Source: Thraustochytrium aureum (taxonomy: Eukaryota). From it: a stretch of 39,635 nt of DNA. Location of the stretch: positions 142,922 through 182,556 of the forward strand of contig BLSG01000353.1 of assembly GCA_012862495.1 (NCBI GenBank), given 5' to 3'. Below are positions 10,712 to 22,197 of this stretch, in pieces. Position numbers and translations under genes: made by a program. Each line of letters starts with the position of its first letter. The stretch's first letter is position 1. The notes below the pieces were generated by a model. It made no database searches. It worked only from the letters and a program-made list of their open reading frames with translations, and was not told where the DNA came from.

Positions 10712-13700
10712 CTAGTACGGCACAGTGCGCGGGCCCTGAAAGTGCTTCGGGTTGAGCGCCACGGCGTCGGTGGTCTTGGTCAGCGACTTTGTAGAAAGCC
10801 GCTGGAACTTTTTCTGCCCCGTGTTGTACTTGAAAAAGGTGTCCACCATGCTCGCGTCAACGACCGCGGGAAGCGNNNNNNNNNNNNNNNNNNNNNNNNN
10901 NNNNNNNNNNNNNNNNNNNNNNNNNNNNNNNNNNNNNNNNNNNNNNNNNNNNNNNNNNNNNNNNNNNNNNNNNNNNNNNNNNNNNNNNNNNNNNNNNNNN
11001 NNNNNNNNNNNNNNNNNNNNNNNNNNNNNNNNNNNNNNNNNNNNNNNNNNNNNNNNNNNNNNNNNNNNNNNNNNNNNNNNNNNNNNNNNNNNNNNNNNNN
11101 NNNNNNNNNNNNNNNNNNNNNNNNNNNNNNNNNNNNNNNNNNNNNNNNNNNNNNNNNNNNNNNNNNNNNNNNNNNNNNNNNNNNNNNNNNNNNNNNNNNN
11201 NNNNNNNNNNNNNNNNNNNNNNNNNNNNNNNNNNNNNNNNNNNNNNNNNNNNNNNNNNNNNNNNNNNNNNNNNNNNNNNNNNNNNNNNNNNNNNNNNNNN
11301 NNNNNNNNNNNNNNNNNNNNNNNNNNNNNNNNNNNNNNNNNNNNNNNNNNNNNNNNNNNNNNNNNNNNNNNNNNNNNNNNNNNNNNNNNNNNNNNNNNNG
11401 GGGGATGCCGCCGGTTCTGATGAGGCCGAATCGCTGTCGCCAGCGAGTGCGCCGCGAAGCTCGCCAGTGTGGCCACGAGGTACGCTTCGCTGCGACTTGT
11501 ATTGGGCCCCCAGACATCGCCACTCGCAGCAGAGAGTCGCGACCCAGAGCTCTCGTCAGCCTCGGGCCCGGCTACTTGATCATGCTCGTTCTCGCCCACC
11601 TCTGCCCCGGCACTGCTCTTGCTGGTTCTCCTCCTGCTGCTCCTCCTCCTCGTCGTCCTCGCGGCTAGCACCGCCTTCATCGCCGCTTTGGCTGAGTTCC
11701 TCGCTGTCGTCCGACTCGATGTTGCTGCTGGCAACTGCCTGCGTATCGCCGTTGCGATCATCGGTCGCGCGCGGCTCCTCTTCGTCTTCGGTCCACGCGA
11801 CCACGCCCGCCCGAGAGGACGGGGGGCCGAGGTCTTCCAAGACAGAGCGCGCGACTTGGCGGCGCGCTTCGTTCATTTGCCGCTCCTCCTCGGCGCGCTC
11901 GCGCAGCAGTGCCTTGCGATGCTCGCGGAGCTTGCTCAGCACTCGTCCAGTGGAGTCGCTTCCGACGGCTACCGATCCTGCCGGCGCAGAGCGGGCCGAC
12001 GCGAGTGTCTCCGCAACGTGCGTTAAACTCTTCGTCGACCCCAGCGCCAAAAAGCACCCAGACGCAGATCGCGCGGATTGCAAGGTCGCTGGTGCTGCAC
12101 TGCTGATTCCTGGAGGAAAGGGCCGGTCCGACATTGTGCCGCTGCTCGGCACGACCTCGTCGACCTTGTCTTGGGAATTTGGCAGCTCCGCAGCGGCTGT
12201 GCGTGGTCGCCTTCTGACGTGGGACGGCTCGCACGCGATTCTTCTTCCCGCGGCTTCGCCTGTCTCGCCCTCGCCAGCATCTCCGCTGGTAGATCCGACC
12301 CACTTGGGGCCGAATCAGATCCTGCTTGCGCATCCTCTGCATCGCTCCTGCTGTCAGCACGCTCCGGGGACCGCTGATTCGTCCAGTCGCGCTCTTTGCT
12401 CTCTGATCTCGGCGAGTGCGTATCAGCGTCGGCCTCGTCTTGGCTGTCCCAAGCTTTGGACTCCGCTTTGCTCTCAGCGGCGCAATACGCATGCGCGTGC
12501 CAATCCACGTGACCAAGACGTTCAAGCGCGTCGCTGTCACCTTCCGCCTCTTCCCCACGAGCGCGATCGGCAACTTGGGCACGTCGAACTTGCCAATCAA
12601 GCTTGCGGCCGAGGTCCTCGCTTTTCGGCGTTGTCCTCGCTCTCGGCGTCAGACGGAGACCGCTTGGAGGCCACGCTGCAACCGCTCCGCTGCTGCTCCT
12701 GGTCGCGGCCTCGATCCCACGCGGCTCTGTCGACAAACGCAAGCGCCTCTGCGCCGCTGCCGCCTTCTCCGTCGCTTGCGCCGAGAGCATGCGCATGGTC
12801 AACCGCAAAGCTTGCGCCAAGGCCCGAGCCGTCTCGCACAGGGGGTATCGCGCTCAGCTCTCCTTCTCCGAGTGCGAATTGCTCGAGTCGCGACGAGTCG
12901 AGCGGCTCGGCCGCACCTTCGAGGAGCGCTTGGCTGGCGACGTACTCGAGGTCCACCGCGCCAAACACGGTCGCAGCTCGGCCCTCGTCAGGCGAATCTG
13001 GGCACGTCACTGGCTCCCGTGGACGGTCCCAGCGCGCTCTACTCCTTGCGCTAAACGGCCGGCGGTCCGTGCGACCAACGTCGGGCTCTTTGGCGATGTC
13101 AAACTCCCGCCTGGCGCTTTGGGGTCGCGAGGCTTTGGCAGCTGAGCGGCGACGGTCAGGCGAGGCGTTGCTGTGGTGCGGGTGGCGCCGCCCCAAGACA
13201 ATGCCGGGAAAACCTGGTCGCCCGAACTAGTCCGCGACGTTTTCCCCTCCTCGTCGACCTCGTCGATGACCTGCGTTGATGGCCGGCTTGCGACCGTGGA
13301 AGCGACCGGGGTGTCGCAAACTTGCCTTCCCGCTCGTCGACCTCGCGTGCGCGAAGCCCAGCGCGCGAGGCGGGACGACTTGGGTACGATGCCCCCGCTT
13401 CCATTCCACCTGGGGCGACGGACGCGGCAGTGGCAGGGCTCGGCTGCGCCACGTTGACCCGAGACGTGCTTGGCGAGTCCCAGGACCGCGCTGGCGGCCG
13501 GTCTCGCCGCCCAAAGCCCCCCGAGATTTCCGTCGACGGGTGCTCTTCTCTCGGCGAGCGAAACATCTCTGCAACGCCTGGCATGTTTGCCGAGTCGAGC
13601 CCTCGCTCCGGCGCGCGCGCCTTGGGCTGCCAAAACATTTCAGCAAGCCCGGAGAGCGACACTGAGGTTGGCGGCGCCGGGGCGGCGCGTTTGGACGACA

Positions 13701-14490
13701 GCATCGAAACCGTTGGCTCTTCCGGGCTGAGTAGTGGCGAAGGCTGCCTCTCTTTCGCTCGGGCGCCGCCGGCACTGCGCCCCTTCGCGGGGCTCGCTTG
13801 CGGCACGCCCGTAGATCTGGGCAAGGCAGGTGTCGAGTTGAGGCGCTCGCCCAAACTCGAGCTAGGCGGGGGCGAGTCAAGGGTTGAGGCTTGCTGCGGC
13901 TCAAGCACGGGAGCCGAGGCAGCATGGCGTGCCGGCAGCTTTGACTGTTGCGCCAGCAAGGCCCGGCTCGCCGCTGCTGTGGTGGTCCTTTGCCTCATCT
14001 GCTCGCGCTCCTTGGCGAGGCTGAGCCGCGCCTCGATGTCTTCAATGCGGTCCCTCTTAGCCTGGACGGCTTCCTCCAGCTTTTGCTTGAGCGCTGCGCT
14101 GCGCCGTTTGAGGATAAAGGCGAGGGCCGGCCCTGCTCCGGCGTCAAGCTCCAGCGACGTCGTGATGTGAGCGCTGAGGGCTCGCACGCTGGTGAAACGG
14201 GTTACGGCATTGAGTCCAGAGGTCCCCCGCGCGCGGCTCAAACAGAATGGCCTTGCGCGACTTGGGGTGGTCCGACGGCAAGTAAACGAGCGCCATGGCC
14301 TCCTCGCCGGCAAACAAGATTGTGACGGGCAACAGCTTCTCGTACCGCGTGCCGGTGAATTTGTACAATGTCTCAAGCACGTCGTCGCCGCCCTGGCACC
14401 GCCGCACCTTGACCTGGCGCATTGCCTGCGCAAACACCGGGTTCGCATCGATGACGCGGCCCACAACGTCCTCCTCCAGAGAGAAGACCG
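10712..14490 (-). CDS. Large protein with C-terminal CKK (CAMSAP/Patronin) microtubule-binding domain, coiled coils and disordered middle; start in gap, about 6 frameshifts
   Basis: C-terminus PAVVDASMVDTFFKYNTGQKKFQRLSTKSLTKTTDAVALNPKHFQ (10712-10875) resembles the CKK end of CAMSAPs (P..I...MI..LYKYNS..KQF..IP.KTLS..VDAITI...LWQ, recalled). Upstream minus-strand frames 14144, 13156, 13007, 12597, 12023, 11580 and 10712 chain together. A single gene across the gap is inferred. Confidence 0.7.
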
Positions 14491-14980
14491 NNNNNNNNNN
14501 NNNNNNNNNNNNNNNNNNNNNNNNNNNNNNNNNNNNNNNNNNNNNNNNNNNNNNNNNNNNNNNNNNNNNNNNNNNNNNNNNNNNNNNNNNNNNNNNNNNN
14601 NNNNNNNNNNNNNNNNNNNNNNNNNNNNNNNNNNNNNNNNNNNNNNNNNNNNNNNNNNNNNNNNNNNNNNNNNNNNNNNNNNNNNNNNNNNNNNNNNNNN
14701 NNNNNNNNNNNNNNNNNNNNNNNNNNNNNNNNNNNNNNNNNNNNNNNNNNNNNNNNNNNNNNNNNNNNNNNNNNNNNNNNNNNNNNNNNNNNNNNNNNNN
14801 NNNNNNNNNNNNNNNNNNNNNNNNNNNNNNNNNNNNNNNNNNNNNNNNNNNNNNNNNNNNNNNNNNNNNNNNNNNNNNNNNNNNNNNNNNNNNNNNNNNN
14901 NNNNNNNNNNNNNNNNNNNNNNNNATCTTCGGATAAACTTTCAACCGATTGTTCACGAACACGTTCTCCACAAGTAGGGC

Positions 14981-15314
14981 GAACAATGAACAAGGAGCAG
15001 GACGAACAACGAACAAGGATTAGGAAGAACAACGAACAAGACTCACAGTGAACAACGAACAAGACACACGAAGAACAACGAACAAGACGCATAGTGAACA
15101 ACGAACAAGGCACACGAAGAACAACGAACAAGACTCATAGTGAACAACGAACAAGGCACACGAAGAACAACGAACAAGGCGCAGAGTGACAACGAACAAG
15201 GCGCAGAGTGACAACGAACAAGACGCAGGAAGAACAACGAACAAGGAGAATGGCGAACAACGAACAAGGCGCAGGAAGAACAACGAACAAGGCAAATGGA
15301 GAACAACGAACAAG
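14981..15314 (+). repeat. Tandem array: 15 copies of a 14-bp core GAACAACGAACAAG separated by 9-bp variable spacers (23-bp period)
   Basis: Cores start at 14981, 15004, 15027, 15050, 15073, 15096, 15119, 15142, 15165, 15188, 15210, 15232, 15255, 15278, 15301. Copy 1 has a C>T change; copies 10 and 11 lack one A. Confidence 0.95.
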
Positions 15315-15866
15315 CTATCTAGAGTTTGGAGCGAAGAGGGATTGTCGAGGCAGGTCGTGCTCTGGTGGCGATGGAGCTCCGCGGAATGGATGGATGGCGG
15401 CTCCGTTGGATGGGTGGTGGCCTTGCCAGGTCGTGGCTGCTCGCATGCATGATGTTGATGAGCACTGCAGACCCCGAACGCGAACGCACTCGTGGCGGGC
15501 GTTGACGCGCTTGGGCCCGATGTGCCGCTCGATATGAGTGCGACCTCGATGGCGCCCTACGCCGCGGCCGCTGGGGCTCGTGGCCGAGGGCTTGGCGCTG
15601 GGATGGCGCTCTGTACCTGTACGTGAATGTGTTGAGTTGCTGTGCGCGGGCGGCGGCGAGGGCTGCGTTGGAACCAACTTCACCCATTGAGCGCTGGAAT
15701 TCTATCTGAAAGTGTTTGCTCAAGAAAAGTATGGAAGATTAATGTGTCGGGGATGGCCCGATGTCCATGGGCACCCCAGCTCGAGGCGTCGCTAACATCG
15801 CCGGAATATTCTGAAGGCGAAGGGGGGCGGGGGGCTTGGTCTGCTTGCGCTTGTTGTGGCCGGCGG

Positions 15867-15963
15867 TGCTGAATGTGGTTGATGATTCAATAATCTGTCA
15901 ATCCCCTGAATGACTGTGTCGACAACCATTATCAACCTCTAAGAAGTTCTGACACATTCAGCA
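15867..15963 (+). ncRNA. Box C/D snoRNA with two 18S rRNA antisense guides
   Basis: Terminal stem tgctgaatgtg (15867-15877) / cacattcagca (15953-15963). Box C TTGATGA 15879-15885, box D' CTGA 15906-15909, box D CTGA 15949-15952. D' guide AATCTGTCAATCC is antisense to conserved 18S GGAUUGACAGAUU; D guide CCTCTAAGAAGT is antisense to 18S ACUUCUUAGAGG. Confidence 0.9.
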
Positions 15964-17037
15964 GATCGCCGGCCGGGGCGCGGGTGCGGATGGATGGGTC
16001 GCGAACGGCATGGAGTTCTGGATTGCTGACGTTTGCTCTTTTCCATGGCGTTTTTTCATTCCCAGGCGTGCTTCTTTCCGCTCGCCTCTGCGAAGCGTAC
16101 TGTGGCTGCCTTTCCGTCCAAGCTGGCGTGCAGAGTAGAGTAGATCCGTAAACCTTTGCAGCGCCCCTGCGTAAATCGAAATCGATGAACAGCCCTTGTT
16201 ACAATGTACTCTACTACCGTTCTTTAGGAGCTACTGCGGAATCCGACTTGCGCGCGGTCACTCTCGCCAAAGCCGCGTTCGGAGTCGACGCGATTGCAAA
16301 GATCTTGACCGTCGCTAAAGCATTCCAGCCCCAAGCCACGACCATCACCAGAACGCGCTGCGCAGTCCGCACGAAGCGCAGCCGCCGCGCTTGTTCCCGG
16401 CGCACTTCGGCGTTGGCCAAAGTTCATTTCTGCGGCCGCCATGAGCAGTGCGCGCAGCATGCGCCAAGCTCGCGCAGCCCGCATCGAGCAGGCATCCGCG
16501 AGGCGGCCAGCCCGAGGGNNNNNNNNNNNNNNNNNNNNNNNNNNNNNNNNNNNNNNNNNNNNNNNNNNNNNNNNNNNNNNNNNNNNNNNNNNNNNNNNNN
16601 NNNNNNNNNNNNNNNNNNNNNNNNNNNNNNNNNNNNNNNNNNNNNNNNNNNNNNNNNNNNNNNNNNNNNNNNNNNNNNNNNNNNNNNNNNNNNNNNNNNN
16701 NNNNNNNNNNNNNNNNNNNNNNNNNNNNNNNNNNNNNNNNNNNNNNNNNNNNNNNNNNNNNNNNNNNNNNNNNNNNNNNNNNNNNNNNNNNNNNNNNNNN
16801 NNNNNNNNNNNNNNNNNNNNNNNNNNNNNNNNNNNNNNNNNNNNNNNNNNNNNNNNNNNNNNNNNNNNNNNNNNNNNNNNNNNNNNNNNNNNNNNNNNNN
16901 NNNNNNNNNNNNNNNNNNNNNNNNNNNNNNNNNNNNNNNNNNNNNNNNNNNNNNNNNNNNNNNNNNNNNNNNNNNNNNNNNNNNNNNNNNNNNNNNNNNN
17001 NNNNNNNNNNNNNNNNNNNNNNNNNNNNNNNNNNNNG

Positions 17038-20000
17038 ATTGCGATGCAGCTTACCTCCCGGCTCCTCGGCGGTGTCCGCAATGACGGGGACGAGTCGATC
17101 AAGCTAGAGTCGCTCGACATCCTAACCGACCTGATCAAGTTTTACGGGCACTCGATGACCTCCGAGCACAGCAACATCTCCACCACGGCCCTCCAGCAGC
17201 TCCAGTTTCCCGCCCCGGTGATTCGCAAGCGCGCCACAGCCTGCCTGGGCCGACTCGCCACGGTCGTCTCGGACGACTTGCTGGACCGCATCGTCAAGAT
17301 CCTGCTGGAGCAAATCGAAAAGCCCTCCAAGGGCACCGACAAGCGCACCGTCATCCAGACAATCGGAACCATCAGCCGCATGGTAGGGTACCGGCTGGGC
17401 TCGCACCTGGAGCGAATCATCCCGCTGTTCCTGGCGTCGCTCGGCAAGTCTGACGACGAGGCGATGCAGACCGAGGAGGCCGACGAGCTCCGCGAAAACG
17501 TGCTGCACGCATTCGAGTCGTTCGTGATGCGGTGCCCACACGAGGCCACTGCGCATGTGGGCCCGATCCTCGGCGCCATGCTCCAGTTCGCGCAGTACGA
17601 TCCGAACTACAACTACGATGCGGGGGACGACCAAGAGCAAGACATGGACGACGAGGACGAGGACGAGTACGACGACTTTGACGACCAAGACTACTCGGAC
17701 GAGGACGACACGAGCTGGAAGGTGCGCCGCGCGTCGATCAAGGTGCTTCGCGCCATCGTGACGTCGCGCCCCGAGATGCTCCGCGAGCTCTACGCGCAGT
17801 GCGCCCCGCTCCTCCTGAACAGGTTCAAGGAGCGCGACGACAACGTCAAGCTCGACATCATCGACTGCTACACGGAGCTCCTGCACTGCATCGGAGTGGC
17901 CTCTGCGGCAGGCCCGGCGCGCGCGCAGGCCCACGCGGACGTCGCACTGGCGAATGTCCCCCTCGTTCGCGAACGCGGCGGCGGCGGCGGCGGCCGCGGC
18001 TGACACCCAAGTCCGCGCCGCGGTGATCGCAGACGTGCCCACCATCGTCAGGGTTTCGTGCAAGATCCTCAAAGACAAGAAGGCCATCAAGCCCAAGACC
18101 TCGACGTTCAAGCTTCTCTCCGAGGTGACCGTGCTGCTGCACGGCGGGCTCGGCGACCACTTCGGCACGATCGTCCCCTTTGTGGTCGACTGCGCAAAGC
18201 CCGAAAAGGGACTCGTCCCTCGTCCTGGAGGCGCTTGTCTTCACCGGCCGGGCGATGCAGCTGCACGAAGCGCGGGTGGTCCAGCCGCATGTCGCAGCGC
18301 TGTGCGGCCCCATCCTGCAGTGCGCCAAGGCCGAGTGGTACAAGATCGTGGCCGAGTCTCTGCGCGCGGTCTCCACGCTCACGCGGGTGCTGCGGCCCGG
18401 GCTTGGCGCGGCGCCCGCGATGGACGGGGACCTGAGCATGGGCGACTCGGTCGCAGACGCGTTCGACTTTAGCCCCTTTGTTCGTCCGTGCTACGAGGCT
18501 GTTCTGCCGCGGCTGCAGACGCATGACATCGACATGGAGATCAAGGAGAGCGCGATCACCGCCATGGGGTCCATCTTTGCGCGGCTTGGCGATCAGCTGG
18601 CCGGCGAGCTCAACACCGTCTTGGCGCTTCTGCAAGAGCGCCTTGGGAACGAGATCACGCGCCTGCCCGCGCTAAAGTGCATAGGGGAGATTGCTGCCTC
18701 GCCGCTGCAACTCGACCTGAGCCACGTCATCCTTGGCGTGGTCTCCGACCTGGTCCAGTTCCTTCGGCAGCAGAGCCGCACGCTCAAGCAGCACACGCTG
18801 AGCACGCTCGAGCGCCTTGTGCGCTCGAGCGGGGCCTCGATGGGGGGCGAGCTCTTTGCGCAGATGCTCACGGGCGCCGCCAAGCTCATCGACGGCAACG
18901 ACCTCTACCTGAGCCATATGGCGGTCGATCTGTGTGCCTCGATCCTGTCCGCCTCGAATGGCGCCGCGGTCGAGCTCATTCGCACCGAGGTCGTTCCGCG
19001 GTGCATGACGCTGATGTGTTCGTCGCTGCTTCAAGGCGGCAACACGCTCAGCTCGATCCTGGCCCTGTTCCAGCAGCTCGTTGTGCTGGACGCGCCGCAG
19101 CTGAGCTTTGACGCCATCCTCTCGCTGCTGGTCGCCCCGACGCAGGTTGAAGGCACCAAGCTGTCCAAGACAGCCATCGACGCGCTGGCGCGGTGCGTGG
19201 CCACTGTCTGCATCGCCAGCCCGGACGTGCCGCGCCGCAACGCCACGGTGCTCAAGATCGTGCTGGACATTGAGAACGGGCTCGAGCAGGGCGCCGCATC
19301 GCAGCCTTCCCAGTCGCTGACAATGCACCTGGCCCTGCTGTCGCTGGGCGAGGTGGGCCGCGACGTGGACCTGAGCCAGTGCGCGCCGGCCGGCCACGCC
19401 GCCGTGCTCGCATGCCTCGATTGCAAGACCTGCACGGAGGACATCAAGTCGGCCGCGGCCACGGCGCTGGGCAACATCACGCTGGGCAACATTACGCTGT
19501 ACCTGCCGATGCTGATGCACGTGCTGGAGGAGCGCAGCGAGCAGGCGCAGCAGTACCTCTTGCTGAGCAGCCTGCGCGAGGTCATCGTGCGCCACAGCAG
19601 CTCGCGAGCGACCGCGCAGCAAGGCCTGCCCATCGACGACATCCTTCCCGTGCTGGAGCGCCACTGCATGAGCGACGAGGAGGGCGTGCGAAACATGGTC
19701 GCCGAGTGCCTTGGCAAACTGGCCATCATCGATCCGATCAGGATCGTCCCGCACATTGCTGCGGCGGTCGGTGCCACTGCGGAGCCGCTCGTGCGCTGGA
19801 CGCTCGTGACGAGCCTCAAGTACGCGAGCGCGAGCGCGATGCCCACTGAAGCGCTGCAGTCGAACACGGGCCCGTTCGTCGCGCTTCTCGCGGACGAAGA
19901 CCTCGGCGTGCGGCGGGCCGCGATCGTGGCGTTCAACTCGATTGCGCACCACCGCCCTGCGATCCTCCGCGACATTGCGCGCGACAGGATCATCCCCGCG

Positions 20001-20513
20001 CTCTTCGGGGAGATGCATGTCAAGCCAGAGCTCAAGCGCACGGTGGACCTGGGCCCGTTCAAGCACACGGTCGACGACGGCCTTCCCCTGCGCAAGGCCT
20101 CGTTTGGATGCGTGCTGACGATGCTCGACACGATGCCCGACGTGGTGCCTGTCGTGGACCTGTTTCCGCACCTGGCCAAGGGCTTGGCTGACGTGGACGA
20201 CGTCGCGATGCTCTGCCATCAGATCATTGCGCAGATCGCGCAGTGGTCGCCGCATGTGCTGCTGGTCTCGGAGGCCATGGTTCTGTTCGACCCCCTCACG
20301 ACGACCATCTCCAAGACGCCCAAGGACTCTGCGCAGATGAACCACGCGAATGACGTGATTCGCAGTGCGTTGCGCGCGCTGGACGCGGTGGCCGCGATTC
20401 CCGAGGCGCAGCAGAACCGCCGGCTGACGGAAATCGTCGCGCTGGCGCAGTCGCGCGACCACCTTGTGGCGATGATGGAGGCCGACCACCTTGAGATATC
20501 CCGGAAGCGGTAG
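17038..20513 (+). CDS. CAND1: Cullin-associated NEDD8-dissociated protein 1 (HEAT repeats); N-terminus in gap, frameshifts at ~17958 and ~18208
   Basis: [29 protein letters not shown]+acidic+[81 protein letters not shown]. Confidence 0.96.
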
Positions 20514-20857
20514 TGCGTTCGCCGAGCAAGCGGATGGCGGCTGTTGGGAGCTCAAAGCTGTCCCGCAAGGGCTTTTGCCGCGAGCGGGGTCGTCTGCCCC
20601 GCTGCGCCCGGCTTGCGGAGCAGGATGGCCAAAAAGCAACGAAGAAGAAGGAAAAAAACCGCAAAGCGAATCTATCTATATAAGTCGGGTTGGACGTCGC
20701 GGCGGCTCTGCCACTCTCTATTCCTCGCCTCGTCGCTCGCGCGTGCGTGCGTGCGTGCGTGCGTTCTTTACACAAAAGATACGTAGGGCCTTGGTTCGCC
20801 GCCCGGCCCCTTCGCGCACTCCGCTGTCAACGCCAAACCCCACCGCCCCTCGCCCGC

Positions 20858-22197
20858 TCAAAAGTCCTCGTCCAGCGAGAAGCCCTGGTCCTCGGCAGTG
20901 CCGCCCACGCCAGCCACGCTGTAGTCGCTGACGCGCTTCTCGAAAAAGTTTGTCTTGCCGTCCATCGAGATGAGCTCCATCCAGTCGAACGGGTTCTTGG
21001 CATTGTAGAGCTTGTCGTATCCGAGCGCGGCGATGAGGCGGTCGGCGCAGAAGCGGATGTACTCCTGCATCATCGCCGAGTTCATGCCGATCAGCTCGAC
21101 CGGGAGCGCGTTGCTGACAAAGTCGCTCTCGATGTCGACGGCCTCGCCCACGATCTGGTGCACGCGCTCCTGCGGAAGGCGGTTGACGAGCTTGTTGTAC
21201 AGCAGGCAAGCAAAGTCGCAGTGCAAGCCTTCGTCGCGGCTGATCAGCTCGTTGGAGAAGGTGAGGCCTGGCATCAGGCCGCGCTTTTTGAGCCAGAAAA
21301 CGGCGCAGAACGACCCGCTGAAGAAGATGCCCTCCACAGCGGCGAACGCGATGACGCGCTCGGCAAACGTGCTCACGCTCGGGTCGGTGTACTTGAACGC
21401 CCAGTCCGCCTTGAGGCGCACGCAGGGGATGGTCTCAAGTGCGCGGAAGAGGCTGTCCTTCTCGCGGGCGTCTTTGATGTATGTGTCGATGAGGAGGCTG
21501 TACACCTCGGAGTGGATGTTCTCTGCGGCACGGGGGTCAGCGGGGTTTCGGTCGCTGCCTGCGCGTGTGCGTGTGTGTAGGGTGGGGGAGGACCTGGAGG
21601 ACGTGCGAGCAGGCAGGCTGGCCCAGCGGCCGGGGCTCGCAGTGACTTACCGATCATGATCTGGAACCCGTAGAAGCAGCGTGCCTCGGTGACCTGCACC
21701 TCGTTTGCGAAGTTGAGCGACAGATTTTCGTTGACGATGCCGTCGCTTGCCGCGAAGAAGGCCAGCACGTGCTTGATAAAGTGCTTGTCGTTGTCGCTCA
21801 GTTTCGTCTCCCAGTCCTTGATGTCGGCGCCGAGGTCGAGCTCCTCGGCGGTCCAGAAGGAGGCTTCGGCCTTTTTGTCTGCGTTTCGGCGCCCGTCAGC
21901 CCCACACGCACCCCGGCGACCCCGGCCGCGCGCCGATGGGCGGCATCACTTACACATCTTCCAGCACTCCTGGTCGCGGATCGGGAAGAGCACGAAGCGG
22001 TTCTCGTTCTCCTGCAAGATCGGCTCCGGCTTGAGCTCCCCGGCGAGCTCCCTGCGCTTAAACTCGGACATCTTGACGCCGCCCACGGGGCTGCCAGCCA
22101 CAAGCGCGGGGTTCGGCGACCCAATCGTCATCTCGCGTAGCCTGCCCACGCTGACATCCACCTCGGGGACCTCCACGTTGGCCACAAACCCGCTCAT
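20858..22197 (-). CDS. RRM2: Ribonucleoside-diphosphate reductase small subunit (R2); exons 22197-21954, 21878-21651, 21522-20858
   Basis: [104 protein letters not shown]-terminal FSLDEDF. Introns 21879-21953 and 21523-21650 (GTAAGT...CTGAC...CAG) restore the frame. Confidence 0.97.

Noticed and set aside
14981..15314. CRISPR array
   Set aside because: The 14-bp repeat and 9-bp spacers are far too short, spacers are related or duplicated, there are no cas genes, and the context is eukaryotic.
14373..15537. ORFs made of LVRCSS/CSLF/TTNK repeats
   Set aside because: They are translations of the 23-bp DNA repeat; the period is not a multiple of 3.
18672..20639. Long antisense ORFs (655 aa here; also 5971-7371, 11467-13230, 28123-29358)
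   Set aside because: Shadow ORFs opposite real genes, expected in high-GC DNA; no domains.
20858..22197. Viral (giant virus) origin of the ribonucleotide reductase
   Set aside because: It has spliceosomal introns and a eukaryotic C-terminus, and no viral hallmark genes lie nearby.
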